A stretch of DNA of 63,746 bases, filler included, from Reclinomonas americana ATCC 50394 (taxonomy: Eukaryota), in NCBI GenBank assembly GCA_048213135.1. It is 4 parts of 3 records of this genome, joined end to end, with 100 filler letters (N's around TTAATTAATTAA, not from the genome) between each part and the next. Parts side by side here need not be neighbours in the genome. Positions count along the whole stretch, not along the records: positions 25,858 to 39,382 come from PS015161.1; 3 more parts are not named here. The stretch is one strand, 5' to 3'. Within the stretch, counting starts at the first letter, position 1. The number at the start of each line of letters is the position of its first letter. Shown piece by piece: positions 25,969 to 37,854 of this stretch. Both the position numbers and the translations under genes were made by a program. A model generated the notes under the pieces. It had not been told where the DNA came from, searched no databases, and was given only the letters and a program-made list of their open reading frames with translations.

Positions 25969-28178
25969 TGGTTCCGCAGTCCGATTCCCACCTACGCCCC
26001 GCTGGCATACTCGTGCTCCGCTGGTGGCATTCGCTGCCTCGCCTGGCACCGCCAGCTGCCGCGCCTGGCCATGGCCTCCAATGACACGGTGTTTTTGTAC
26101 AATCTGCAGGAGGGCGGTGAGTTTACTTCCCACTTCTCCCCCAGTCTCTCTTCATATGTCACTCATGGAAGTCGACGCACAGCGGGTGGCTGGATGGACC
26201 CGCTGCATCACGACATGATGTTTGAGATTGCGTGCATGTCGTTCCGGCCACAAGCTGGTCTGTGTCTCGCGGTGGCCTGCCGGTGGGGCGTGTGCGTGTG
26301 GCGCGCTGCGTCAGTGGCCGGTGCCACGTCGGTCGGTACCAGCTCGGATCCCAGCGGCGCGTCGCGCGTCGCCATGGAGGCCGATTTTTGGCGCTTCCCC
26401 AATCACGCCCCAGTGACGTGTCTCGACTGGTCACCCGATGGTGCGCTGCTGGCCACGGGGTCAGCGGCCGACTCGTCTGTCGTGTTGTGGCGCGAGTCGG
26501 ATCCGTATGGACGGTTGGTGGAGTGTCTATATTTTCAGAAGGGCAAGATAGGCACTCATGTCCTCTGTTGCTGCGCAGGCCAACGGTGCTGCACAATGCT
26601 GGTGCCTCGCCGTCGCTGGCAGCCATTGTCGGAGTCAGCTGCGTCAAATGGAGTCCGTCGGGCGAGAAGCTGTTTGTCGGCACCACGTTGCGTGCCTGCT
26701 GTGGCGCTGTGTTGTTTGAAGAGGTGCTGACTGAGTGACCACAGAGTTGGCACCGTGCGCGTGTGGAACACCAAGTCGTGGCGGTGTGAGACGTGGACGA
26801 GTCTCGGAGCTCCGTGTCATGTGAGTGAGAGGGGAGGAAGGCGAAAAGGGAGACGGCGACGTAGAGAAGGATGGGAAAGGGAGAGAGAAAGAGGAGGCGA
26901 AACAGAATGAGAAAGAGAGAGAGAGAGAGAGAGATGGGGGAGCGCAACGCACTCAGCGAGCGTTTGTCGCTTTGCGAGCCGGAAGATGGCCGGGAGAGAG
27001 AGGGGGGAGGGAGGGAGGGCGGGGGAAGCGCAGGGAGTGAAACACAGTGACATGTCTTCCTTTCGATCTGCAAATATTATCTTTCCATCTCTGCCTCTTT
27101 CTGCTTCGCAAACCAGCAATCGATTGCTGAGTGTCTCCCGCTCCGCTTGATTTTCTTCACTTCCCCCACCTCCTTTACTCTCTCTCTCTCTCTCTCTCTC
27201 TCTCTGCTCATTTCACTTCCCACTCGTTCTTTGTTGCTGCTCTGTCTTTTTTTGTCGCCTGGTTCTCACCTCGGTCTCCTCCTTGCTCGTCAGACGGCCT
27301 GCTGGTCACCGGATGGCCTGTACTTGCTGTTTGCCTGCCGAGGTCAGCCGCACGTGCATTGCATCGAGTACCGTCGGCGCGGAGGAGAACTCGGTGCGCT
27401 CCCCGCTCCCTTCTAGTCAGCGCCCATGCTCGAAAGGGAGCTGATGTTTCTTGTTCTTCGCGCAGAGGGTGCGTACTCGTGTATCGAGCCCGGCGAAGGC
27501 CAGGTCAACAGCGTCAACCCGCGAGAATTGCGTGGAATCCAGCAGCTGGACTGGGACCCGACGGGATCCCGCCTGCTGGTGGTCTACGATGCCGCCGACG
27601 ATGAGCAGCTGGCGCGGGAGGAACGGTGTGTGCTCACCGCTGTTCATGATTGCTTGCTTGCACTTCTGTGCTCACTGTGTCGCGACAGAATGCGCAAAGC
27701 GGCTGCGGAGGCTGGCGGGTCGGCGATTCACGAGCGCATCGATCTCGCTTTCCCCGTGTCGCCCAGTCCGGCTGCGAAGCGCGGACGCTCGCCTGGATCG
27801 TCGACTTCGAGTCCGGCGGGCTCGTCGTCGTCGGCACTCGACTGCACCAGCGAGGTAGCTATCTATGCCACGGTGCGACAACCGGCGCTGGAATTGAGTC
27901 TGAGGTGACTGTCGGCGCTCGTTTTCTCTGCTCTTGCCCGCTTTTCACTTTGCTTCCGCAAAAATAATAGGGGATACCTGCGCACACCATCGGCGAATGG
28001 TCACGTGACCAATCTGGCGTTCCGTGAGAACTTCCCACGCGGCGCTTTCTTTGCAGTGGTGAGAAAGTGTCGACGCGTACTGCTGCGTGTGGTTTATTGC
28101 TCAGCCGCTCGGTTGCACAGGGTTGGGAGACCGGTCGCATCACGTTTGTTCCGCTCTATTTCGACCCAGTGGAATGAG
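25969..28178 (+). CDS. AAAS: Aladin (WD40 nucleoporin), 5' end in gap
   Basis: IRCLAWH..LHHDMMFEIACMSFRPQAGLCLAVAC; HAPVTCLDWSPDG; VKWSPSGEKLF; C-terminal FRENFPRGAFFAVGWETGRITFVPLYF, which parallels the Aladin C-terminal motif. Confidence 0.85.
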
Positions 28179-28232
28179 GGGAGGGAGAGGGAGAGAGAGA
28201 GAGAGAAAATATATCATAGACGATAAGTGCGG

Positions 28233-28431
28233 CCCTCAGACTGGAGCGGGCGCTCGAGCGCACGCATGTTGTGTTGGTGTTCAGATCACGAGTCGCGCAG
28301 GAGACACAGCGCACCGCTGGCGTTCCAGGCTGCAACGAACATGTGTACGCGCGCTCACGGAGGCAAACGGTGCAGCTGCGGCCTGCGTGCACTTCAGAAT
28401 CTGTTCTCACCATTTCGTCGTCATCATCGGG
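28233..28431 (-). ncRNA. Box C/D sno/scaRNA candidate with U2-complementary guide
   Basis: Minus strand ccc-g-ATGATGA (C box), guide TGGTGAGAACAGAT then T and CTGA (D'), terminal CTGA-ggg. The guide pairs with conserved U2 AUCUGUUCUUAUCA. Confidence 0.6.
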
Positions 28432-28472
28432 AGATAGGAGAGAAAAATAGAGAGACAGAAAAGAAAGAGAAT

Positions 28473-28596
28473 CCCCTCAGATTGAAAACTTGCGCTCACC
28501 GGCGGGGAATGACGAGCCGACGCGGCACCGCGACAAAGCGCAGCGCGGCGACGACTCGACAGCCCGCTTCGCAGTTGTGTTTCGTCATCACGGGGG
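28473..28596 (-). ncRNA. Box C/D scaRNA candidate guiding U4 snRNA A65 2'-O-methylation
   Basis: cccc-GTGATGA ... AAGTTTTCAAT-CTGA-gggg with a terminal C/G stem; 11-nt guide complementary to U4 AUUGAAAACUU; the D+5 rule hits A65. Confidence 0.75.
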
Positions 28597-28879
28597 CAGG
28601 GAGAGGGAGGAGCGCGCGAACAGAGAAAAGGAACTAGCGAGGAGCAATCAGGGCAGCAGAACCACAGAACGCTGTCAGCAGCACACGGGGGAAAGTGCAC
28701 CACACTTAAGTTGGCTGAGCTTCATGAGCAAACAATGAGAGGCACACAAAAAGCTGAGCCACCAAGCACAGACATGCATCGCAGTGGGCAGAGTTGAAAG
28801 ACCAAAGACAGAAGCCAACAACAAGATGCGACGACAGATGTCGAGCAAAGCAGTGACAATGAGAGCGTACAAGCGCTGA

Positions 28880-29260
28880 GCCACTGCGCGTCACGACGAA
28901 GCGCACAGTACGGCAGACCTGCAACAGCAATGAAAGACGCACAAAAAAAGATGTCGCGCGGGTTGTCGAAACATGCACAAGAGACAGTCGAGTTGCAAGA
29001 GCAAAGAGAGCAGCATCCAACTCTGCGACTCAGAGAGGCACACAAAGAGGCCACAACATGCCACGAGAGTCATCGAACGTTGAAGCATGCATACAAGTAG
29101 CCGAGTTGCAGAAGCACACAATAATGAATGGCAGAAAAGGACCTGAAGCACTGCGTGTCACCACCAAGCGCACCGATAGGGCAGGGCTGCAAGAGCAATA
29201 CCGAACCGCACAACATTGAGACAAACAGAGGAGCTCAAATAGCAGAGCCAAGACAACCAG
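28880..29260. repeat. Two degenerate copies of a short repeat
   Basis: CACTGCGYGTCAC.AC.AAGCGCAC..GGCAG..CTGCAA.AGCAAT near 28882 and 29149. Confidence 0.55.
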
Positions 29261-29320
29261 CAAGCATCGAAACGCGCCCACACGATGCGAGCCTGCACCA
29301 CACGAACGGAGGAGGAGGCT

Positions 29321-30190
29321 TCATTGCTCGCCTCCACCGGCAGCTGCTGTCTTTCTCCGCTTTCGTGCGCGTTTGGGAGCTGCGCCAGTGTCCCCTCCAT
29401 CTTGCTCAGCGTCCCCGTCAGCAGCCTCGCCATCGCCATCGTCGTCGCAGTCGCCACTGGCGTCGAGGCCGCGAGCTGGAGATGAAAAAAAGAGGAAGGA
29501 GAGGGTGAGAAGGGAAGATGGGAACAGGGTGAGGGGGAAAGAGAGAGACAGAGAGAGGAGGAGGAGGAGGAGGAGGAGGAGGAGGAGGACGAAGAAGAAG
29601 AAGAAGATGATGACGAAGAAGAAGAAGAAGAAGCAGGAGGAGGAGAAGAAGCAGGAGGAGGAGAAGAAGAAGGAGGAGGAGGAGAAGAAGAAGAAGACGA
29701 TGATGATGATGAGGTGAAGAGAGAAGAGTGAAGAAGGGAAGAGGGGAAGAGAGTGAGAGGGTGAGACAGACGGCAAAGTCACAGAGAAGAAGAGAAAGAG
29801 AGACGAACAAGAGAGGAGAGGAAGGAAGGACAGAGAGAGACTCAGAGAGCGTGCAAGGAGGGCAACGGGCAAGGGAAAGTTGAGAGCATGCATCCTCATT
29901 CTCTCTCTTCTCTCTTGTGTGTGTGTGTGTGCGTGTGTTTCTCGTTCTCTCTGATATGCACCCTCATCGACCAACGCAGAGAGCGCAGTGTTGACTTGTT
30001 GCTTCAGACTGAGCACAGTAGAGGCCAGAGCCGCAAGAGCTGCAAACAAGAGCAGTCAGTCACTCACACACACTCACATGCCTCTCTCTCTCTTACCTTC
30101 TGATTGCTCCATGCCTGTTGTGTCAACGCTCTCGGTGACCTCGGCCACCACTTGACCAGCGACGAGAACACGCGCTCGTGCGCCACTCAT
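29321..30190 (-). CDS. Small GON7-like (KEOPS/EKC subunit) protein, 3 exons
   Basis: MSGARARVLVAGQVVAEVTESVDTTGMEQSE|ALAALASTVLSLKQQVNTALSALVDE|ARGLD..DDDGDGE..PKRARKRRKT; two phase-1 introns; layout of beta strands, helix, acidic tail and NLS. Confidence 0.55.
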
Positions 30191-30379
30191 GATTGTGTGA
30201 TTGACGAGGACACAGAGGACCAAGTGAGTGCCTGCATGCACTGCATGCACGTATAGTCATGCCGACTGTGTAGCCTTCTCTGCAACGTGGTATGACGTGC
30301 AGGCGCAGAAAGAAAGCGCTGCGACGTTTGTATCGGTGTCACTTGTTCCCGAATTGATCGCGAAGTCAAATCGATATCT

Positions 30380-30845
30380 CTCTCCTCCCTGCAAGCACGA
30401 CCGCTGTTGCACGCAGGCGGCTGCGTAGAATAGAGCACTGGGCCCTCCCCCTTCTCCTTTCCCTGACTCGCAAGCATCAGTGAAGCTCACGCTGTGGAGA
30501 ATTCGGAGTTCGATTTCGGTATTGGGACTCCAAATCTCAGTGAACGCACGGCCTCGCTTGCACACTCGCGTACGCATGTAATAGAGCACTGGGCCTCCTC
30601 CTTCGCGTTGCTTCGACTCGGAGGCATCAGTGAAGCTCACCCTCTGGCGAAGAGTTCGGTTTCGAATTCGGTATCGTGACTTCGATGCTGTTTCTCTCCT
30701 CCGTGAACGCGCGCCCTCGCTTGCACGCTGTCGTACGTATGCAATAGAGCACTGGGCCTCCTCCTCCACCTTGCGTCGCCATGAGTGAGGCATGAATGAA
30801 GCTCTCGCTGTGGCGAAATGTTCGGTTTCGATATCGCGACCGGAA
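30380..30845. repeat. Three-copy ~150-165 bp imperfect tandem repeat
   Basis: Invariant AATAGAGCACTGGGCC at 30429, 30580 and 30743; also shared GCAT.A.TGAAGCTC and TTCGG..TTCGA blocks. Confidence 0.85.
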
Positions 30846-31342
30846 ACCTGTCTCACCACCACACAGCGCTGCACAATGTTTGCAAGAAGCCGAGTCACGT
30901 CGAGTAGAAGGCTCTGTAGTTTCGTCTAACCAGCGTGTGGAGACGTGCCCTCTGCGGTGCTTGTCCTCCAAAAGGAAAAAGAAACTAAACTGGTGCTCCT
31001 TCGATACCTCCCTCGCCACCTCGTCTCCCTCCTCGCGTCCGCCTCATCGTCGACCAACAACCGACCGTCATGATCGTGTCCCCACGAACCAGACAGCAGC
31101 AAGCGGTGTCCAATGTACTTTTCGGCATCGCGATCGCGATATTCCGACACTCACTTTCACTCTCTCTGTCTCTCTCTCTCTCTCTGTCTTGGACACTTTG
31201 AACACTCTGCTGCGCTCCTTCTCCACCCTGCGTTGCCCAGCGTCTGCAAATTATCAAAACTGTTTCATTATAAACACTCGATCGCACGCGGGCACGTTAG
31301 GCGCGCGGCACCGCCTCTCTCTCTCACACACACACGCACTCA

Positions 31343-31802
31343 TCATGCGGTGGACGGAAGGTTGCAGTCGTACTCGACCTCCAGCGTGCGCTGGCTCAGG
31401 CATCCACTGGCATTGTTCTGCACGCACGCACACTGTAAGAGACAAGTCGACTGCAGACTGGAAGAGATGAGAGAGAAAGACACACACCTCAAACTCGGCG
31501 ACTGTGGTGCTGCACGAGTTGCGATTGTGGCACAGGTGGTTGAGGAAGGCCGAGCCGGTAATGTCGTGAATCCACGAGCAGGCGGCGCGCGCCTGGCTCG
31601 CCGCCGCCGTGGGCGTCGGTGAGAGCACCGAGCGCGACTGCGCGACAATCTTGGCCGAGCGCAGCATGATAATGCGGTCCGGAGGGCACGACACGGTCAG
31701 CGCAGTGCCATTCGTCCGCAACGCGACATTGGCGCTGGCCACGCACGCGCACACCGCAAGCACCACCACCACCACAATGAGGCACACACTTCGGGAGGAC
31801 AT
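31343..31802 (-). CDS. Small secreted SUEL/Gal_Lectin-like domain protein
   Basis: Signal peptide, then LTVSCPPDRIIMLRSA..C..LNHLCHNRNSCSTTV..GC..RTLEVEYDC; one intron 31487-31418. Confidence 0.65.
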
Positions 31803-32273
31803 GTCTGTGTTGTTCTGGGGCAGGTTGTGCGCGCTCGATGACGAGGGTTGAGGAATTAAACGAGGTCAGATTGCCCCCCCGGTGGATCGGCCCGGACCTC
31901 CGATTGCGCGATGGATTTCGATGTTGTTGTTGTCCCGAGTTCGTGGTCATTTTTGTCCGAAGTCACGTGGTGAATCGGACAACTGGGTGTGGGCGACTGT
32001 GAGTGAGTGGTACTGGTGGAGTGTGCGCACGAAGAGGGTGGGAGCGATGACCGTACGTTTTGAAAAGTCGTGTCCGGATTTGTGCGGTAAACAAAAGTGA
32101 GGAGCGATATTATCGGTAATCTCTTGAAAAGACAAGTCCGCCCATATGCGCTGCTCTGCGTTCGAGCGGACTGAACGAAGAGCTGATGTTGCACTCTGCT
32201 GCCGAGACGAGCACTGTTGCCTTCNNNNNNNNNNNNNNNNNNNNACCTGCTGCTGCCTCAAGATTGGTGTTTG

Positions 32274-32575
32274 TGTTGATGTTTTGGATACGGTTGAACT
32301 TGGTCATCAAGACAGCTGTTGCTTGTTTGTTGGTGAATGATTTGTTGTTGTTGTTTGGAAATGGCCATCACGAAAGCTCTCTGACAGTCCCTTGTTGACC
32401 CGGCTATGGCCTTTCCCCGAATTCGATGTGCCGTGTACGATCGCAAGAGCGTCAAATCCACTGCTCAACCACGCTGTATGCAGTGAAGATCGCAGTTCTA
32501 GAACCTGCTGCTGTCACAAGCTGGTGCTGTGTTGATGTTTGGATACGGTTGAACTTGGCCATCACGACAGCTGCT
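32274..32575 (+). repeat. Dispersed repeat copies (same family as 10094)
   Basis: TGTTGATG..GGATACGGTTGAACTTGG.CATCA.GACAGCTG at 32274 and 32530. Confidence 0.8.
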
Positions 32576-32864
32576 CTCCGACAGTCATCCTCCTTTCAGG
32601 CGAGACCAATCGCAGCCGACCTGATGTGTCCATGTGCCAAAGTACGCGACCACAGTCAAGCCAAAAAGACTCCACTCCCACACTCTCTCCCTCCCTCCCT
32701 CCCTCCCTCCCTCCCTCCCTCCCCCTTCCTGCCGCAACCATTACACACATTTATGCACACTCCACTGAAACAGCAACAACAACAACAACAACAGCAGCAC
32801 ATCCTAAAAGCCAAGAACAACAAAAAGCCCTCAATACCTCCTCCCTCCAACCAACCACCCCCAC

Positions 32865-34937
32865 TCAGTCGCGATGATTGCGCATCATGACCTCAAACTG
32901 CACAAACAGATCCGGCTGATCGGCCAGCAGCGGTCGCACGGCGGCGAGTACTTGTGCCTTTGGCTGTCTCCCATCGTTCAACTCCTTGATGGCGGCCAGC
33001 AGCTGGCGAAACTGGTCGGGTTGCAACGTGCTGCGCACTCGGCGGAAGAACTCCTGTCCCTCTTGCACAGTGGCACCACCACTGCGTCGGCAGAGAGAGT
33101 GACTGTGTGTGAGAGTCACACGCACCCACCACACACGTGTGGACAGAGAAGTACGCAACTGTTGAGAGGAGACGGGTGGACTCGGCGAGCGCGAGCGATT
33201 CGACGACAGATCGTGACTCCACGTGAACTGACGTTGCAGCGTGGACGGCGACGAGGAGGCCAGCACTGTGCCGGTGCGCTGTAGTGGCGGTGGTGGTGCT
33301 GACTGCTGCTGTTGCTGCTGAGGTGGTGGCTGCTGCTGCTGTCGCTGCGGAGGTTGTTGCTGCGACGCGGCGCTCGGTCTTGAGTTGACCGGCGAGCCGT
33401 CGCCGAGATTCATGTCGTCAAACGCGGAGAGCGACGCCGCAAACTGCGACTGCTGAAGCGAACTAAAATTGCCGGAGGCTCGCAGCGGTGCCGAGGAAGC
33501 GGCGAGGCCAGACGAGCTGCAATGACCAATGAGCAACGCTACACTTGCCCTCCTCGCGATGAGCAAGACTCGGGAATGGTAACAAACCCGAACCTGCTGC
33601 TGCCTCCTCCACTTGCTGCTGATGACTGCGCCCCCGACGGTCCTATTGAGCTGCCGTTGCCTGGAGACGCGCATTAAGAATAAGACACCTCCTCAAGTCC
33701 TTCCCCTTCTCCTCCCCACTCAACTCGGTCTCGAGACCTGCGGTCGCACCACCGGTGGCGCCGACGCCGTCACATTGCGATCAATCGCCGCAATAATCTC
33801 GTCAATGCCCTCCAACGCAGACCCGCCTCCACCCGAACTGGCCCGCACCGGCTGCGGCTTCAGCAACTGCGACGCGCTCCCTCCACCATTCGCCGACTGC
33901 GCCAGTGGAGGCGGAGACGGCGATCGATGCTCCGAGTGCGGCGCGCTAATCACCACTGCCGACGGATCACGAATCACCGGTCGATTGTCCGTGCTGCGAC
34001 GAGAACCGCCCCCCGCACGTGTGGAACTCAAGTGCGGACGGGAGGACGGCGAGGTGCGGCCGTTGCCCATGGCCGCTCTCAGCGTCTCATCCAAGAAGCT
34101 CTGGCGCAAGATCTTCATGAGCACACACGCACACACCGCGCGGTAGCATGCACTGCTGTCGCACGCACACACACCTCTGCAGCTACATAGTGATCGAACG
34201 AAGGCGGTGCGGCGTTGGGACCGACGGCATCGGTGGAGAGCGAGCGCAGAATCGATTCCTTGACGCCCTCCAGTCGTTGCACGTCGACGGCCAGCTTTTG
34301 TACTTGCGCAGTCAGTGCCTCGCGTTCTCTTCGCAGTTGGGCGTTCTCGTCTGCCAGGCGGTGGTTCTCGCGATCCTGCAGAGTGGGAGGGAGGGTGGAG
34401 GGGGAAGGAGGGGGGAAGGAGGAGAGGGGAGGGGGAGAGGGGAGGGAGGGAGGGAGTGAGTGAGTGAGTGAGTGGGTGTGTGTGTGTGTGAGTGGGTGAG
34501 AAAGAGAGAGTGACAGTGAGAGTGAGTGTGTGTGTGTGAGAGAGAGAGAGAGTGAGTGAGTGAGTGAGTGAGCGAGTGAGTGAGTGAGTGAGTGAGTGAG
34601 TGAGAGAAAGAGAGAGAGTGCAGACTGACTGCAGGGTGCAGAGTGACTGCAGTGAGTGATGTTGTGAGAGTGACTGCACCTTGTGATCGACTTGTTCCTG
34701 CAGATCGAGCACTTGACTCTGTGTGCGTTCCAACAGCTCCTGCTGCTCATAGTAGCGGTGTCGCATGGCACTCAGCTCGGTCTCGTACTGCTCGCTCTGT
34801 GTGAGAAAGAGTGAGTGAGTAAAGACAACAATCGCGCTCTCTCACTCTCTCTGTTTGTGTTGCACCTTCTTGGCATATGCTCTTTGCACAAGACGCACAC
34901 CGTACTCGAGCAGTGCGTCGGGAGGGTGACCCTCCAT
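32865..34937 (-). CDS. At4g15545-like coiled-coil protein with C-terminal PAH-like domain
   Basis: N-terminal coiled coil ending LTAQVQKLAVDVQRLEGVKESILRSL; C-terminal EGQEFFRRVRSTLQPDQFRQLLAAIKELN..DLFVQFEVMM. Confidence 0.75.
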
Positions 34938-35204
34938 CGTATTGGTGAGGAGTGAGAGGCACGCGCGACCGTTGGATGAAAACGGGTTTTTTGTGTGTGA
35001 AATGAGAAATTTCACGCGCTTGAAGGCGCAGCATTCGTCGGCATCGCGGACGGAGAACGCGTATGAGTGAAAAAGAGGAAGGGTGAGCAGGCAGCCGAGG
35101 TGCGCGTGCACAGGCAGTGTCAATTGCAACCAATCCCGCCAACGGATTTCGAACACAGCACTTGCAATCGATTGCTGTTTGTATTCGCTGCGTGTGGACA
35201 GTGA

Positions 35205-37223
35205 CAGCGAAGGCACGTCGCTACGATAGAATTCCAGATAGAAAATGAGGAGACAAGTCCCCAACGATGCAGCAGGGTTCAGAGCTCGTGTCGATCGGGA
35301 AATGCTGAATCCGGCAATCGACGGTATCGTTCGAATTCGATCGCAAGCTCGAGGCTCTTGCGGACGGCTCATTGGGGGCCAACGAATCGGAGCATTGTTG
35401 CTTGCCTCAGGAAGCGCCTATTGTGGCACGTCGAATTGCATCGGCCTCATTTGCAAATGATCATGGCAAGTATTGCAGCAGGCACAGCACAGCTGGCCAG
35501 GGGTGCTCGCCGGGGGTCAGTTGCTGTGACTGTGGAGTCACCATGGATCATGGTGTCTATCTTCGAGGTCCAGCCGCGGGCCCACTGTGGATCCTTGCAA
35601 TTGCCGAGTGTGCTAGCTACTTCCCCTATTGGTACAACTCTCGATTGTGCACCGAGAATATGCACGCACACGTGGCCGAGGTACAGTCGGCACCACGCTC
35701 GCTCGCTCTCACATACCGGTACCGGTACCCACCCGCCGGCCCTCCACGCACGCACACTGTGCTTTCTTCAAGATATCGATCAACTTTGTCGAGAGCATGC
35801 ATTGCAACATCGGCACGATCATGATGCCTCATTGAGAACATGCATTCGCACACAACAGCTCCTTCTCACCCCGGCCAAGCTGGCGATACATCATCCGCGC
35901 CACCCCATATTGGACCCTCACGTTTTATGGGCGAGTGCATATTCTTCGGCGAGGAGATTCAAAGAATCTGGCTGCGTTTGTCTCCGTCAAGACAAAATTT
36001 CTAGCGAGTCACACATTGTTTTTGACCACAAAGTTGCGTGTTGAGAGAGAAGAAAAGAAGTTGACTCGTTGTCCGCCCTGTACACAACGTGTATGATGTG
36101 TGTACACTCATCGAGTGTGTGCAAGAGAGACCGCTGAAGCGCGACACTGTTGCAGAAAAAACCATCGATTTTTCTCCACTCACGTCCGCCCACCACTCTC
36201 CACTGCGAGTGGTCCACCCGCATGGACAGTGCTCCGCGCCCTCCCTTCGCGCCGCCCTCAGGTATGCACCTCGCCTCCTCTTTTGTCAAACTTCAGCCTC
36301 ACTCCCAATGCCTACATCGTACTTCCTACACCTCACTCACTGCATCACTTCTCGCACACAGGCGACGACGACGACGACGATGGCGTGTCGCCTTCAATGC
36401 CCACCNNNNNNNNNNNNNNNNNNNNNNNNNNNNNNNNNNNNNNNNNNNNNNNNNNNNNNNNNNNNNNNNNNNNNNNNNNNNNNNNNNNNNNNNNNNNNNN
36501 NNNNNNNNNNNNNNNNNNNNNNNNNNNNNNNNNNNNNNNNNNNNNNNNNNNNNNNNNNNNNNNNNNNNNNNNNNNNNNNNNNNNNNNNNNNNNNNNNNNN
36601 NNNNNNNNNNNNNNNNNNNNNNNNNNNNNNNNNNNNNNNNNNNNNNNNNNNNNNNNNNNNNNNNNNNNNNNNNNNNNNNNNNNNNNNNNNNNNNNNNNNN
36701 NNNNNNNNNNNNNNNNNNNNNNNNNNNNNNNNNNNNNNNNNNNNNNNNNNNNNNNNNNNNNNNNNNNNNNNNNNNNNNNNNNNNNNNNNNNNNNNNNNNN
36801 NNNNNNNNNNNNNNNNNNNNNNNNNNNNNNNNNNNNNNNNNNNNNNNNNCAATCGCGAGTGCGCGTTGGCGGCGTGGGAGGAGGCCATGTCCACGCAACT
36901 CTTGCAGGCACTGGTGCGTCCGCACTGCTGTATTCTCCTCAAGTCTTCTTCTTGCTCATCACCACCATCGTCGCACACAAAAGGAGGACCACATGGTCAT
37001 TGTACGCTCTCAATTACCGCCGGCGCTCGCCTATGAGGATGCCATGGCCGCCCTCCGTCAGCACCCGTCATTACGGCATCGCACGCTGTCCATCGACGAT
37101 GACGTGGGCGAGGAGGAGGACGACGACGAGGAGGAAGAGGACGACGACGACGAGGAAGACAATGACAACACTGGTGGGGATCCGTTGAGCGATGCCGAGT
37201 GCGCTCCACCAAGAAGAAGATGA
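35205..37223 (+). CDS. Hypothetical protein with acidic C-terminus; structure uncertain, spans a gap
   Basis: Open frame of about 280 codons (35205-36044) and a terminal exon ending DDDVGEEEDDDEEEE..PPRRR*; no recognisable domain. Confidence 0.3.
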
Positions 37224-37820
37224 ATCAATCGTTTTTTATGAGACAGAGAAAGCAAATGTGTGGGCAGTACAATGTTATCATTATTTCAATCACTTTCTTG
37301 TGGCGAGCGTGTGCCTTCTCCACCACCACCACACCACTGCGTTGCGACGACATCATCGTTGTTTATTGTGCTTTCTTCTTGCGTGTGTCAAGACTGCGCA
37401 TCGCCAAATACGGCATCTATTGCGACACCAAGAAATGAAACCGGTGATACCGCAGCGTCGTCGCCACTCCTCCTACGTACTCGGTGCCGTGTCTACTCCT
37501 TGAGCAGCAGGCGGCGGCGGGGACTGCGCTGGTCGCCAAGGATTCCCTGGGATGCTGTGTTTCACCAATCAGAACAAGCGCGCGCGGAGTTTTCTTTTGC
37601 TGGCAACAAACAAATTCGAACCCGAACACCACTCTCTCTTTCTCTTTCTCCCCTCTCCTCCCTCTCACGTGTGTGTGTGCTATCTTGTGCGCTCTCTGAT
37701 GCGCTTCAACCGCTGCCGCATATGTGCCTCCATATGCGGAATGTTTCTCCTTCAGTTCAACATCGCCGACGACGCACAAACACCAATAGCGCAAAAAAAG
37801 AGAGGAAGACAGAGGGAGCG

Positions 37821-37854
<34 letters not shown>

